This document shows positions 37,601-50,510 of a stretch of DNA of 64,000 nt, in pieces. The notes beneath the pieces were generated by a model. It saw only the letters and a list, made by a program, of their open reading frames with translations, did not search any database and was not told the origin of the DNA. A program made the position numbers and the translations under genes. The number at the start of each line of letters is the position of its first letter. The stretch's first letter is position 1. The stretch comes from Rhina ancylostomus (taxonomy: Eukaryota), in contig JARFYF010000112.1 in assembly GCA_030265395.1 (NCBI GenBank), positions 27,431,872 to 27,495,871 of the forward strand. Reading direction: 5' to 3'.

Positions 37601-40600
37601 CTTTTGTCAAACAACATTTGATACAGGAGACAATTTAATCTTTAATATAAATATCACATTGAACATTACAGGCAAGAGATAGGGCAATATCATAGGGTGG
37701 GGATACAAGGTCAGTAAAGCAGGGAAACAGGTTATTGTGCAAATATGGTCCAAGAAAACTGCTGTGCACAAAATGTCCCGAGTGAATGGAAGGTCACGAC
37801 CTCACAGCAGGAACTCAGATACAAAAAGGCACNNNNNNNNNNNNNNNNNNNNNNNNNNNNNNNNNNNNNNNNNNNNNNNNNNNNNNNNNNNNNNNNNNNN
37901 NNNNNNNNNNNNNNNNNNNNNNNNNNNNNNNNAAAGGCACTGTTAAAGCCAATGACACACGGCATTTCATTTGTAGCCTGGCTGTTACTTGCTGCTTTCA
38001 ATCCCAGACTCTTTAATAGCAAGCAAATCTGAATTCACTACAAAACTCTTAAGCTTGTGTGTGCATCATGTTTTCTGAAAGGAACTATGAGGCAGACTAC
38101 GGCCCTCCTGCGCAATGAATCCAGGTAGAGGCTTTGACTACACAAAAAAGGAAACCAGTTGAATTGCATGAAATCCTGCATCATCTCATAGAAAGCAAGG
38201 TTATGGTTTGGACGTACTTAGTAGTTGGGATTGAATGGTCATGTTCATGCTTTTGTTGAAGTATTTCAACTCTGCCACCACCATTCACAGGCTCAGCATA
38301 AAGAGCATCATGCTGCGAATATTTGAGATTCTTAGACCCTTTCCCATCCCTTTTATCGGTGGTAAATAAAATCCCCTTTTCAATGCAGGAGGACTGCATA
38401 CCCTAATAACTGTGCCTGCTTTACTTCAACAGTTCTCAGAGAAGTCATTTCAGCTCTCCCAGTGGCTCAGTTTGTAAATTCTACTTTGAATCTGGAAATT
38501 CTCTATATAAACAGAGCAGCCGAGCTCCATCAGTGCTGCTTTGCGGCCCAGCTATTAAAGAGGCCTTATTTAGGAGGCACATTTGGTTTGGCATCTATGC
38601 CTGGCCAGAGCAGGGATGATCGAGTAAACTCCTCCCTCAATCAGGCCTAGAGGTCGCACAACTGTAAGTGGCCTCAACTGATTTTATGACCATGATTTGT
38701 GGAATATAACTATCCTCTAATCACTGCTATTTACTGGAGAAATCACCCTGCTATCATCAGGGGCTGTTAAAGCATTTTCAGTCAGGGGATTTCTCACTGT
38801 AGTTTGTAGAAACTCATTCTAAATAGTCTCTGCTGTAGAATGTTGTTTATATAATCTGCTGATTAAATGGACTCTGCTGTAAATGGACTGTTCCTGCCCA
38901 ACTTTAACTCCTGGTATCTGGGTGAAACCTGTCTCAGCTCCTCACTTCAACTCTCTATTCAGTGACTGAGGTGAGACCGAGGATGGGACTGACCTGTCCC
39001 TTGCAGTTGTACAGTTTGTCTATGCACGATGGCCTAAGCCCATAGTTGAGGTAAGGTCGCACTTCTTATAGGGTGCCAGAGGGGCCCTGTAGAATTCTAC
39101 AGCACTGTAAGTACAGCAAGGGTGCTGTGGTGGGGAGGGGTCATGTAGTTGTGGAGAACAGGAAAGGGAGTGTTACCATTTTTGCATTTGGGGAAGTGGG
39201 GGAGGGGGCTATTTGCATATGTTGATATAAAATGTGACATATCACAATTAGTGTAAGACTTTTGCCCTGGTGCCCTGCCTTTTTCTGACTCTGGAGCAAG
39301 TTTGGATGTTCTTAATTGTTGTTAAAAAAATATAAATGCAACTTATTTAAATGCAATTTATTTCTTCCATTTAATAGCCAACTGTCATAACGAGATGCTT
39401 TCTTTCAACAACAAAATAAAATCACACTATTTGTAGGGAGTGCTGAAATCACATATTTATCAATTGTTTAGGTAACAACCACAGTTGTCTGCTGTTGTTC
39501 AATTAAATCTGATTATCAGAGTCAAATACTAGAGCACTATGACTGTAGTTGTTTATTAATGGGCCTCTAGGTAATGTACAAAATGGAATACAAGATATTC
39601 AGATTCATTTTGCTTTAATAAGGCAGCAGCAAGCAACTCAATACAAGTTTTTCTAATGTTGATAAAGACTTCCAAACAAAACCCTGTATATTTAAAGAAA
39701 AGCCTCACTGCAAGAAACAAAAGAAATGCTGATGCTGCACTTTTTACATAGTAAAATACAGACCTCATGTTCCCCCATTCCTTCCCCTCCCAAGCCATCT
39801 GCTTAATTCTATTAAAAACTATTGGGTTGAAATACACTGTTGGCTAGTTGGCTGTTCTGTATAGAACCACTGGCCAGATGTGGTACGCACTTCAGCGTGT
39901 CTGGACTTCCACGTAGGTACATCTGATTCCTTGTTTCATCATTGGACTGAACATTGAGTCTAGGTAAATTCCATAGCTTGATGAGCCAAGCGGTTGAATG
40001 AACCAACTCTGGCCCCTCAGCTTTATACCAGTCATACCTGTTTGATGCCACCCTTCATTAAAAAGATATTTAAGTAAACTTGTATAATTTTCCCTTATTT
40101 CACTGTATATCACTATTCACCAATTAATTAATTAATTTTTAATTAATCAACAGTTTAAATAAATTTATTGCTTTTAAAAATAATGGTTTAAAGTTTTATT
40201 TAAACCAATTTCAACAGTTTTTAAATTATTCACTCAGAAGTGCACTATTACACTTCAATGACTGCAGTTCAAAGCAATGTTTACTGTGAAATACTTGATT
40301 TTGTGAAAGGTACAACATAAATACAAGTTCTTTTTACAATAGGTATTTTCAAAATCAGACATCACTGAACAACAAAGCTGGAACGTCAGCCTGTATTTTT
40401 GAAGATATTGTTCTCTCCTCCCTGTATACATGTGTACTAATAAACAAACACACACATACATATACACATAGCAATATAATGGCTATGCTGTTGAACCAAT
40501 AATCCAGTGTGTGAGAGTTCAAATTCTTGCATACCATCCTGAGCAACTGTAATACACTTCAAAGAAATAGAAGTGGTGGAGGCTGGGGGGAGCTGATTAT

Positions 40601-40870
40601 CTGGAAAATGTTCTTATTAATATCTAATGGAGTCTGCCTTCCCTACCCAGGGCTCGTCTAAATGTGACTACAGTCCCACACCATCGACTCTTAACTTCCC
40701 TCTGAGTTGACCTAGCAAGTACCAAAGCTCAGGCCATCAAGGGATGGGCAATAAATTACTTTGTTAGTAATGCCTGCACCTCAAGAATAATTAAGCTGAA
40801 AGTGAACTGCGATCCTGGCATTCAAGCTGGCATTCAGTCACAGTAAAAGGCAGTGATAGTCCCCACTCCA

Positions 40871-41222
40871 GGGTGGCACAATGGTCTAGTATCAGTGCTG
40901 CTGCTGCACAGCTCCAATGAGCCTGGTTCAATCTGCCCTCAGGTGCTGTCTGTGTGGAGTTTGTACATTCTCCCTATGACTGCATAGGTTTTCCCCTGTG
41001 TGTTCCAGTTTCCTCCCACATCCTAAAGACATGCTGATAGGGTAACTGGCCACAGTAAATTGTCCCCAGAGTAGGCAGGTGGCAGGAAAACCAGGGAAAG
41101 CTGATGGGCACATGACAGAGAATAAGTTACAGGGAAGTAAATGGGAGTAATGGGAATGCTCCAGGAGCTGGCAATGACTTGATGGGCCAAATGGCCTCCT
41201 TCTATGTCATAAGGAAATATGA
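40871..41222 (+). mobile_element. tRNA-derived V-SINE (HE1-like) with CR1-type tail
   Basis: gggtggcacaatgg...cctggttcaatc...tgtgtggagtttgtacattctccct...gtttcctcccacatcctaaagac...gatgggccaaatggcctccttct. Confidence 0.85.
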
Positions 41223-42329
41223 CAACTCAGAACTATCATAACCATACCTGAGTGACCAGACATGACTGGTTCAGGCCCATCCACCCATCAGCTCCTGGGA
41301 GGAAGTCACTGTACAAACTATCTGATAAACAATACCTTGATCAACAGTGGGCATTCTAAATTCTGTCTAGCATTAAAGAAGTGTGTGTGACCTTGTAGGT
41401 GGAAGGCAGGGCTAACTGTCAGAAGTAGAACAACTAAAAATACAAATACCACTTTAGCTTAACTCCAAAGATTTAATTTTCCATTTACATTTTTCTCTTA
41501 AAATAGAGCTGCAGTGCAATTGGAGACTTCCCACACCTCACAAACAATATAAATTATCTGGCAAGTTAAGTGTACGAGTGTCAATTGCTTAGGACCAAAA
41601 ATAAAAATGTTTTTAAAATGTACTTGTGCAACCATTTCTCTAAGGAGAGTAACCTTTGGCAAAACTCTGCTAGTTGTCCCTTTGCAGATATTCTGCAGAC
41701 AGTTCTGAGTATGACAGAACTGAAAGGAATTCAGTCTCTAATGAGGAAGGAACTTCTTAAGCTTGGTTAACATCTTGAAATAGTGAAGTGTTTATCAACA
41801 AAAGGCTGGGGCGAGTTATAAAATGAGAAAAGGGCAAAATAACAGCTGGCCAAAGACATTTTGTCCTCAACTTTCTATCAACATCCTTGTGGTTTTTATA
41901 CACCTTCATAAAGGGAACTGGACTGGGATCTGGCTGGGGCAAAAGATCAGGCCTCATAAAGGGTGGGTGGTTCAGCAATCACGTATGCATTATCNNNNNN
42001 NNNNNNNNNNNNNNNNNNNNNNNNNNNNNNNNNNNNNNNNNNNNNNNNNNNNNNNNNNNNNNNNNNNNNNNNNNNNNNNNNNNNNNNNNNNNNNNNNNNN
42101 NNNNNNNNNNNNNNNNNNNNNNNNNNNTTGACTGTGGGGGAAGTGAGGTGTAGGAAGAGTCTGGTCATGTTGCCCAAGGCATCATTGGTGCAGGGCGCAC
42201 GATGAACCAGCTGGTGTTTTCCAGCCTATCAATAATATTTATATATATGCATAATATGTGGCAAATTCCAAGCGTTCTTCCCTCGCCTCCCCTGCCCAAT
42301 TCCATCAACCCACTACCTTGCCTTATTGT

Positions 42330-43360
42330 AGAGCTCTAAGTCATCACTGAAGCTTACAAGAGGTTGGACCTTACATTAAATGTCTGGAAGACAAAGGTCT
42401 TCTACTATCCTATCCCCATCACACATCACTGCCCCCACTCCCAACAATCTAAATCCAATACGAGACCCTGGAAAAACTTGGATCACTTTTTATAACCTAG
42501 GAGTGGCCTCTCAGCAAAATGACAAAATTCACGCCTCCTTGAGTGTGCCAGCATAGACATCTGTCAACTAAGGACAAGAGTGTTCAAAAGTCAAGGCCCC
42601 AAAGTCAGCACTAGGCTCAAGGTCTACTGAACAGTGGTAATCATAGTCGTACAGCATGGAAACAGGCCCTTTGGGCCCAACTGGTCCATGCTGACCAAGA
42701 TTCACATCTAAGCTGGTCCCATTTCCTCATGTTTGGCCCACATCACTCTAAACCTTTCCTATCCATGTACCTGTCCAAGTAAATCCCTCCCTTTTGCAAC
42801 TTACAGTAAGCACCTCAAAGCATGGTATATGCTGAAATAGCACCTGCTTAGGTGCTACTTCAGCATATAAAATTTTGAGGATTTTATAGCTGCCTCCATA
42901 AAATCCTCAAAATTCATTTTAACAGGTGAACCAATGAAAGGGACCTCTCCCAGGCCAACAACCCCAGTTTCAAGGCTCTGATCACACTGATCCAAACTTC
43001 AGTGGGTGAGGCCACATTGTCCATGTACCAGACTCCCAAAACAACTACTCTACTCAAAACTCAACCCTGACATTAGAGTTCCAGGTGGGCAAAGAAAACA
43101 CTTCAAAGACATCCTCAAAATCTCCATAAACAAATATAACATCCTACCTGACACATGGCAACCTTGGCTCAAAATGAAGAAAGAGTGTCTGAGGAGACAC
43201 TGAGCACCTCAGCTCTACAGCAGGAGCACAAGGAGGTCAAATGCAAATAGCAGAATTAGACTACAACATCCCTAACTACCCAGCCACCTACCCTATCAAG
43301 CACTTCTTGCCCTGTCTGTAGCATAGTCTGTGGATCCTACATAAGCCTCATCTAAGAATC
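42330..43360 (+). mobile_element. RTE-clade LINE 3' fossil
   Basis: EAYKRLDLTLNVWKTKV, TYSKHLKA, CLHKILKIH, RLPKQLLYSKL...PGGQRKHFKDILK and a C-terminal CPVC. Same family as 4600-5830. Confidence 0.85.
42640..42780 (-). mobile_element. CR1 3' tail nested in the RTE fossil
   Basis: catagtcgtacagcatggaaacaggccctttgggccc...ctctaaacctttcctatccatgtacctgtcc; RTE sequence resumes afterwards. Confidence 0.75.
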
Positions 43361-43667
43361 CAACTCATTCTTAGTCCCAGAAGTACCAAGAAAAGGAAGC
43401 AATAACTCCATGTTCTCTGACTATCTTTTCTAATATCTTGTCTAAGTAGTTCTTCCTCATGTAATGTTTGCACTGTAAGCTTTGGCACTGAGGGGGAAAA
43501 ATATTATAGTCAACCCCATCCCAGCCAGATGTCCACACTTTTGTACTCTTCACCAGGGGTTACTGATTTTATTTCCCTCTTTAAACCAATCTGCTGTGTC
43601 AAGCGTAATTTGCTAGCTGAGACCAGTCAATTCAGAATAAACCAGGAACTGACCCAGGCATCTCCGA

Positions 43668-44200
43668 ATCATAGAAACATACAGTGCAGGAGGTGATCTG
43701 TCCTACCTTTCCCGTGTTAGCTCTTTGAAAGAGCTATCAAACCACTGCCCAGTCTCATCCACTGACCTTCACATATTTCCATTCAAGTACTTATCCAATT
43801 CCCCTTAGAACAATACAATTTAATTTGCTTTCCAGATCAGAACAGCTCAACAAGTAAAAAATAGACTCCTTTCACCAATCATTATAAACTTGTGTTGGCA
43901 GGTCTTCCAGCAAGAAGAGAGCTTCTTCTTATATACCTTTTTAAAACCCCATATAAGTTTTGAACACCTCTATTAAATCTCACTGGTATTCTGTGTCCTC
44001 CAGTGAACGTTCCCAGCATCTCTAGTCTTTCCATGTAGCTGAAGACCCTGAGGCCTGGCACTATTTGAATATATTTCCTTTGCAGCCTGTGAATGATGTA
44101 CTTCTCACACTGTGGTGCAAAGAAATAGACACAACACTCCAGCTGAGGCCTAACCAGTTACTTGTGGATACTATGCTTTTTTTTACAAAACCCAGTGCCT
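43668..44200 (-). mobile_element. CR1 LINE 3' fragment
   Basis: aatcatagaaacatacag...gctctttgaaagagcta...ttttgaacacctctattaaatctc...cactccagctgaggcctaaccag. Confidence 0.7.
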
Positions 44201-45120
44201 GCAGATTTCTTGGTAATTTAATACCCATTAACCAATGAAATGATCACATTGGAAATTATCTTGATCTAATGAACTGTTTCCATTCTCCATCATTAATGCA
44301 GATGGAACAAATGAGCAACTGATTCACAGATACATTCAACCCCACAGATGGGGAGAGCTATGTGTTCGTATGTAATATCTAGGTGTTTAATACTGTTACC
44401 AAAACCACAAAACAAGCTCTTTATAAAGAGCAGCATTTAAGCTAGTTACCACAGTTATTGACGTATATTCCTTGCCTGGGAAAATAAATACATGGGGGTG
44501 GGGGGGGTGGGTTGGAAGGAAGAGAGCATTTCCTAATGGCTAATTTTTGCATAACTTCCCGTACAGAACCTGAGTAATGCCTTTCTGCAACTTCCTTTGC
44601 CACACCAAGTAATGTGCAGAAGCATAATTAAAAACAGAAGATTGCTGGACAAACATAATATGCATGTGCTTACACATTTATTAGTTCCAGTATTTCAATT
44701 GTAATAAGACTCAGGCAATCTTCCACAGGAGTCAGAACAAAATGGGGATGCTTTCAGCTCACTGGACATAGTTTGTATTCCTGGTGTCTATAAACCCCTG
44801 TTTTCTATTGTCAGTCAGGGAAAAAATTGTGTGCTTAAATGCCTGGGATGAGATTGTGTACTCTCTGGTTGGAGAGGGAAAACACATCCAGATGCTTTGC
44901 TCCTTGTTGCTTTCCAATGATTTGTGCTGGGAATGAGGAGGTGAGGTCAGGGCTGAGCTGACTTTCCATGTTGACCATTCACTGTAGAGACTGAGCACAT
45001 TGGTGAGAAGTGAGAGGGCCACACTAAATGTGGTCCAACAGAAGTTGGTGCCTTTAGGAGAGGAATCAGTATGCTTTGGTTTGCCAGTAGATTGGAGGGC
45101 TTGGTGAGGTTAGGAGAAGT

Positions 45121-45876
45121 TTGAGATCCGAAAAGCTGCAGGAAGACCTTTGGTCACACCCTCACAGAACCACTCTCTACAGATATCAAGGGCACGTGGC
45201 TTTCAACATCCTCACTACAGGATCACTCCAAGCAGCTATAACAGATCTCTGCTGTGTCTCCAAATTTCCTGTTCTCAGCTGCTTCGGTGAGGTCATTTGG
45301 GCATTGCACTTGCTAAGAAATTATTTCATCTATTTTCATCTTAGTGAGGAACAGGCACTGGGATTGGCTAGCTTTGCCAGCTTCCCACAAGGGCAGGAAG
45401 ACATTGAATGCACTCATGTCCCCCTAAGGGCTCCCAGTAAGAAGTCAGAGCTCTTCAGCAACAAGAAAGTTTCACACATTCTCAATGTACAAATGGCCGT
45501 GGATCATCAGACTTTCCTTGTGATGAAGACCAAGTTCCTGGGAAGCACACATGACACCATGATCCTCACGGAAACTACATCACCAGTCACTTTCAGTGAC
45601 CCACCCTCCCTAGAGGATGGATCGTCGGGGCAAGGGCTACCTTCTATTCCAGTGGCCCTGGCACCAATGCACCAGCCACAGCAGCTGAGCCCTGCCACAA
45701 GTATAAATGCAGTGGTGGAAAACAACAGCAATGTCCTGAAGATGAAACTTGCCTGCATCAGTCCAGATGCCCACTGCAGCACAAGCCAAGCAGAAAGGGA
45801 GACTTCATCGTCCTTTGCTGCACAATCTGGCAAACTAAAGACACCACCTGGTGCTGGAGAACAGCAGAAGACCTAG
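45121..45876 (+). pseudogene. PIF/Harbinger (HARBI1-like, DDE_Tnp_4) transposase fossil
   Basis: Ordered motifs TTGSLQAAITDLCCVSK, FPQGQEDIECTHVPLRAP (IDCTH), NKKVSHILNVQMAVDH, FLGSTHDTMIL, frameshifted GWIVG/KGY at 45615-45640 (GD.GY), and AVVENNSNVLKMK. Confidence 0.85.
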
Positions 45877-48811
45877 CGACAAGAGGCAGAGCATCAAGAC
45901 TAAGAGGTTCCAGGGATTATCCCTGCCCTGCACTCACGTCCTCATCTCTCAGTTGAGCANNNNNNNNNNNNNNNNNNNNNNNNNNNNNNNNNNNNNNNNN
46001 NNNNNNNNNNNNNNNNNNNNNNNNNNNNNNNNNNNNNNNNNNNNNNNNNNNNNNNNNNNNNNNNNNNNNNNNNNNNNNNNNNNNNNNNNNNNNNNNNNNN
46101 NNNNNNNNNNNNNNNNNNNNNNNNNNNNNNNNNNNNNNNNNNNNNNNNNNNNNNNNNNNNNNNNNNNNNNNNNNNNNNNNNNNNNNNNNNNNNNNNNNNN
46201 NNNNNNNNNNNNNNNNNNNNNNNNNNNNNNNNNNNNNNNNNNNNNNNNNNNNNNNNNNNNNNNNNNNNNNNNNNNNNNNNNNNNNNNGTTGAAACCCTAT
46301 ATCAGGACTTTGTATTTCTAGATGAGCTGCACCTCACATAAATAAATCTGACCTCCAAGTGAAATAGTTGTGAGGAATTCCACTCTGCAGCTGTAAACAG
46401 TGGAGTGCAGATCACCTTGACGTACCTTATGAGAACATGAAATTTCTTTCTGCCTCACTCTAGTGTGCGGGGATTGGTGGAGACAACTGCAGCCAATCCC
46501 CAACTCACAGGCCCTCCTAGCATGTATCTTATTGACTGGGATTTATATATGCCTTTGAATAAATGCAGGAACTCTCTCTCTCTCTTCCCCATACAGCCTC
46601 TGACTCCTCCTGTTTCAGCCATAAATACATATTGCTGCTGTGTGGATTCATTGGGAGTGTGCCTTTAAGGACTGACTGCCTTCTCTAATTGCTGCACATC
46701 ATTCAAAAAATGTACCAACATGAGCAAGCTCCCATCAGAAATCACATGGCTCCCATTTAGTACTTTCTCTTATGGTCATAAACCACCCCAAACGTTTCAC
46801 GCTGGATTTTGGCCAATTTCATGATGTTCTACAGAAGACCCAATGTAAAATTAGAGTGAAATGCAACAATGCCATAATAATACATGCAAACTAATTTCGA
46901 GGTACAATTCTCTGCTGAGACAGTTCACGAGATCCCAATTCCGTACTCAGATGGAGAAAATGCACAAGAGCATGAAGCGCCCATGTATCTAGGGCACTGT
47001 TCCTCACTCATCCTTCACCACAATAGCCATTATTGAGACCTCAATTAGACTGCTTGCCTTCAGAACAACTTAAAAATGAAAGGCACATTATGCATGCATG
47101 CACCCTGGGGACATGAATCTGAGTGTCCAGCTGCTCTACATCAGGTATACATGGCCTGGGCAGCCCACTCTCCACATCTGAACTGTAAATGGTAGGAATG
47201 TAAGATGGCAAAGATCTCTGTTTAGAAATGCAAGCTTAAACTGAGACTGCAACNNNNNNNNNNNNNNNNNNNNNNNNNNNNNNNNNATATGAACATGGTT
47301 TGTATCATCTTCTTTAATAACCACAGATCAAAAACTAGAAGTCCTTGTAAATTTTCTCAATCCTAATTCCTTCGTATGATCAATTGCTCATGGTTTGAAT
47401 TAGTATCACAAACTATGCTTTTAAAAAAAAGGCTAGATAGAAATTGCTTTAATTAGTTTAAAATGAGGAACATTGAGAAACAGATGGTCTATATTTTCCT
47501 CTCCAATCCTTGCCAACACCAACAAGGAGGCAGAATTGGGATATATTGTTAAAAAAGACTGATAAAACCTTGCAGACTTTTATCCGTGACCAATTATTAG
47601 TCCAACGACAATAGATAATGTTTAGATAGAAAGAAAGAAGACCCTGTCTTTTGACAAATCACAAGCTCGGAATATGGGAGATTCTGACCTCTTACACAAA
47701 TTTGGTAAAAAAATATTTTATTTCAAAATCTGTACTGCACAACCTATTTCTTGTCACTAAGGTAAGCAGCATAGGAGATGGTTCTGCAATTAGGTTATAT
47801 AAAGATCAGGTATACATTCAGAGTATGGAACACAGCTCTGGCCATTGTCCACATTTTCCTTACAAACCAGTTTCAAGCCATAATGGCTATGTTACAAAGC
47901 TATTGACTAACGTATCGTATCAACAATAATTCTCATACCTGTCGTTTGAAGCTTTTTGATTACGTCGCAATCAATGTTGTGAAGCTCCACAATCTGGGCA
48001 TCCCAACATCTCTTAATGCCCTGTTTTATGCTGTGCTAAGAGATACCCCTGCACCTGGTTAGGAACAATGAGCAAACACTGAACTGCTCCCAAGAGCCAT
48101 ATTCTGAGCAGTGTGAGAAAAGCAGAAATGCTTTGTTCATCTTGGCACAGCAACAAAGACAAAGAGATTCACCTGCAATTGTTACACTAACCAACAGATC
48201 CCATTAAACTAGTAGCCCCAATGGATCACAATATATTCATTACAATGTATGAATGCTGAGCTAAAAATATTAGTTGCATGGATGTAGGTACTTTTTATAT
48301 TTCTTTCTCATACATACTCTACATATTAGACAAATGAATGCGATCATTTGTATATGAAAATATACCTTGGTGGCAGCTTTATACAAATCATTGCCATTAA
48401 AAAGGGGAGTGTATTTATTAAGCACTTTGGCATGTTCATTGGGAACAGCACAAAGTATTTCACACACAGCACATTATGTGGGCAGGAATTAGTCAACCAA
48501 ACAGTTTAATCCAAACATATGCAAAAGGAACAGCACCAATGCATTTAAGATCAAATGAAATACACTCTGGCACAACAGGGCTGGTGTTAGTTAAATTCAG
48601 GTATGAACTCTGCCAGTATTAAAAGGCACAAATCTGGAAAAAAAGAACAAGATGTGCTTATTTAAATGCTTTCAAATGACTGCAGCCCAAAATGCCTAGT
48701 GAGAGAGAAGTGCCAGGATTACCTACCTGTCCACTGGTAAAATGGGCATGGGTCTGGAATGCCTATCCACTACCCCTTTAGGTCTGTATCCAACGGATCC
48801 CTTCTAACTTA

Positions 48812-48900
48812 GAATTGGAATTGGTTTATTATTGTCACATGTACCAAGATGCAGTGAAAAGCCTTTGTTTGCTTATCATCCAGGCAGATCATTCCATACA
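48812..48900 (-). mobile_element. Rex-like LINE/SINE 3' tail
   Basis: gaattggtttattattgtcacatgtaccaagatgcagtgaaaa; reverse complement resembles the tail of the 1591 SINE. Confidence 0.55.
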
Positions 48901-50149
48901 TATTCTCCCTTTAAAACTCCAGGCACTGACCCTAGTCTGCGCCCCATGGATGCAGTGCAACTAGAGTGATATATATTCAGGTCTTGTGAGTAAAACATCA
49001 ATCTGGAAATTCTGGCACAGAAGTGCGGGTGCAACCAGCTGAACATGGCCAACAACTTTGCAGTAAAGGACACATGTTGCCAAGCTGAAAGTAATTGGAA
49101 AAATTAAGATTTCACGTTGCTTTTGAAGGTCGGGGTTTGAATTGGAACAGCTACCTAGCTCCTAACAACTTCAGCATCTGCAGTTAAGTTTAACTGGAAG
49201 CAGACACATTGCTGTTTGGAAATTCTTTTAAGGCCTTTTTTTTTCAGCTGAACCACATGACTCTAAAAGGAAGCTGTTGGCCTCGAGGCTTGAGAAAGAT
49301 GTGTTTTCCCCCCAAAAAAACAAAGTCCAGATGTTTCTGGTTGGGCTAGCATTGTGCAAGGCAGCTGACTGCTGTTGGGAGGGCTGGACTCCTTCAAATG
49401 CAAGCCGGAAACACAGGAACCAAAGTGAAAAATGCAGTACCACATTATTTCCAGACAAACACTCATCGGATGTTGGCATTTTTATCACTTAAAAGCTTAT
49501 TTTTTTGCAAATTCTTGGGAGTTGCTCTGAACTTCTATTATGAAATCAATACTTTTGCCTTTATTCATCACTGCAGCACAGCTCTCCAAGAACCAAAAGG
49601 GGCTCTCCGTGGTTAATGAAAACCATATTTGTTCTGGGGCTAGTTCTCCCTTTCTTTGGCTCCCCTTGAGTGAAATTACAGTCTGCAATGGCCAGCATTG
49701 TATGGCACAAGGAGTCAGAAGCCGTTTATTCTATTTGAATGCCTGAAACAGCAGAAAACTCAGAACAGTACAGGGTTGATTTCAAAGCATTAATCTGGTT
49801 CTATTTATATTAATGCTGCAATTTTACATATACATTAGCTAGCTTAAGAACTTGAACATACCTGTCAAGTCTTACAGTTGCCTGTATTCCTATGGTTCGT
49901 TTAAACTTTGCAGTCTAATGGTTGAAAAATCTTACAGTATGCCATCTCTGCTACCCACAGCCCACCCCGGGGTCAGGTGCTGCTGGGACCCTGAACCAGA
50001 GGCAGCTCCTGCTGACTTAACATCCCATGTTGAAACTGAACTATGGGAGTAATCACAGAACCTACATGAGCCTGACCTGCTCACATCCAGCGCTACAGGA
50101 AACAGGTCTGGGCTCAAACTCCTGCTGCTGTAAAGCACGAGAATGTGAT

Positions 50150-50510
50150 ACGGAGGGGGCGGGGGTGGAAGGAGGAGGGGAGGTGCAGGGAGTGACCGAG
50201 AGGGTATAAGGAGATGGTGTAGCAAGAGAAAGGAATAGGGGAGAAGAGGGGGATGAAGAAGGGTGGAGAGATTGAGGGGGAAGAGAGGGATCAGAGGTGA
50301 GGAAAAGATCAGAGGAAGGAACGAGTAAATGCAGAGGGCAGAGGGGTGGGAGAGGGAAGAGAGAGAGAAAGAGAAAGAGGGAGAGCAAGAGAAAAATGAC
50401 TACGAGCAATACCCAACACTTCTGCCCCACGCTCTCCTCCCTTCTTTTTATTTCCCCTCCCTCTGCTTCATCCTCTTTCTATGCCCCCTCACTCTCTCCT
50501 TTCTTTTGCA
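50150..50510. repeat. Low-complexity polypurine tract followed by polypyrimidine tract
   Basis: About 250 bp GA-rich, then about 90 bp CT-rich, on the same strand. Confidence 0.75.

Noticed and set aside
44880-45120. Myb/SANT partner ORF of the Harbinger element
   Set aside because: No convincing tryptophan-spaced motif found by eye.
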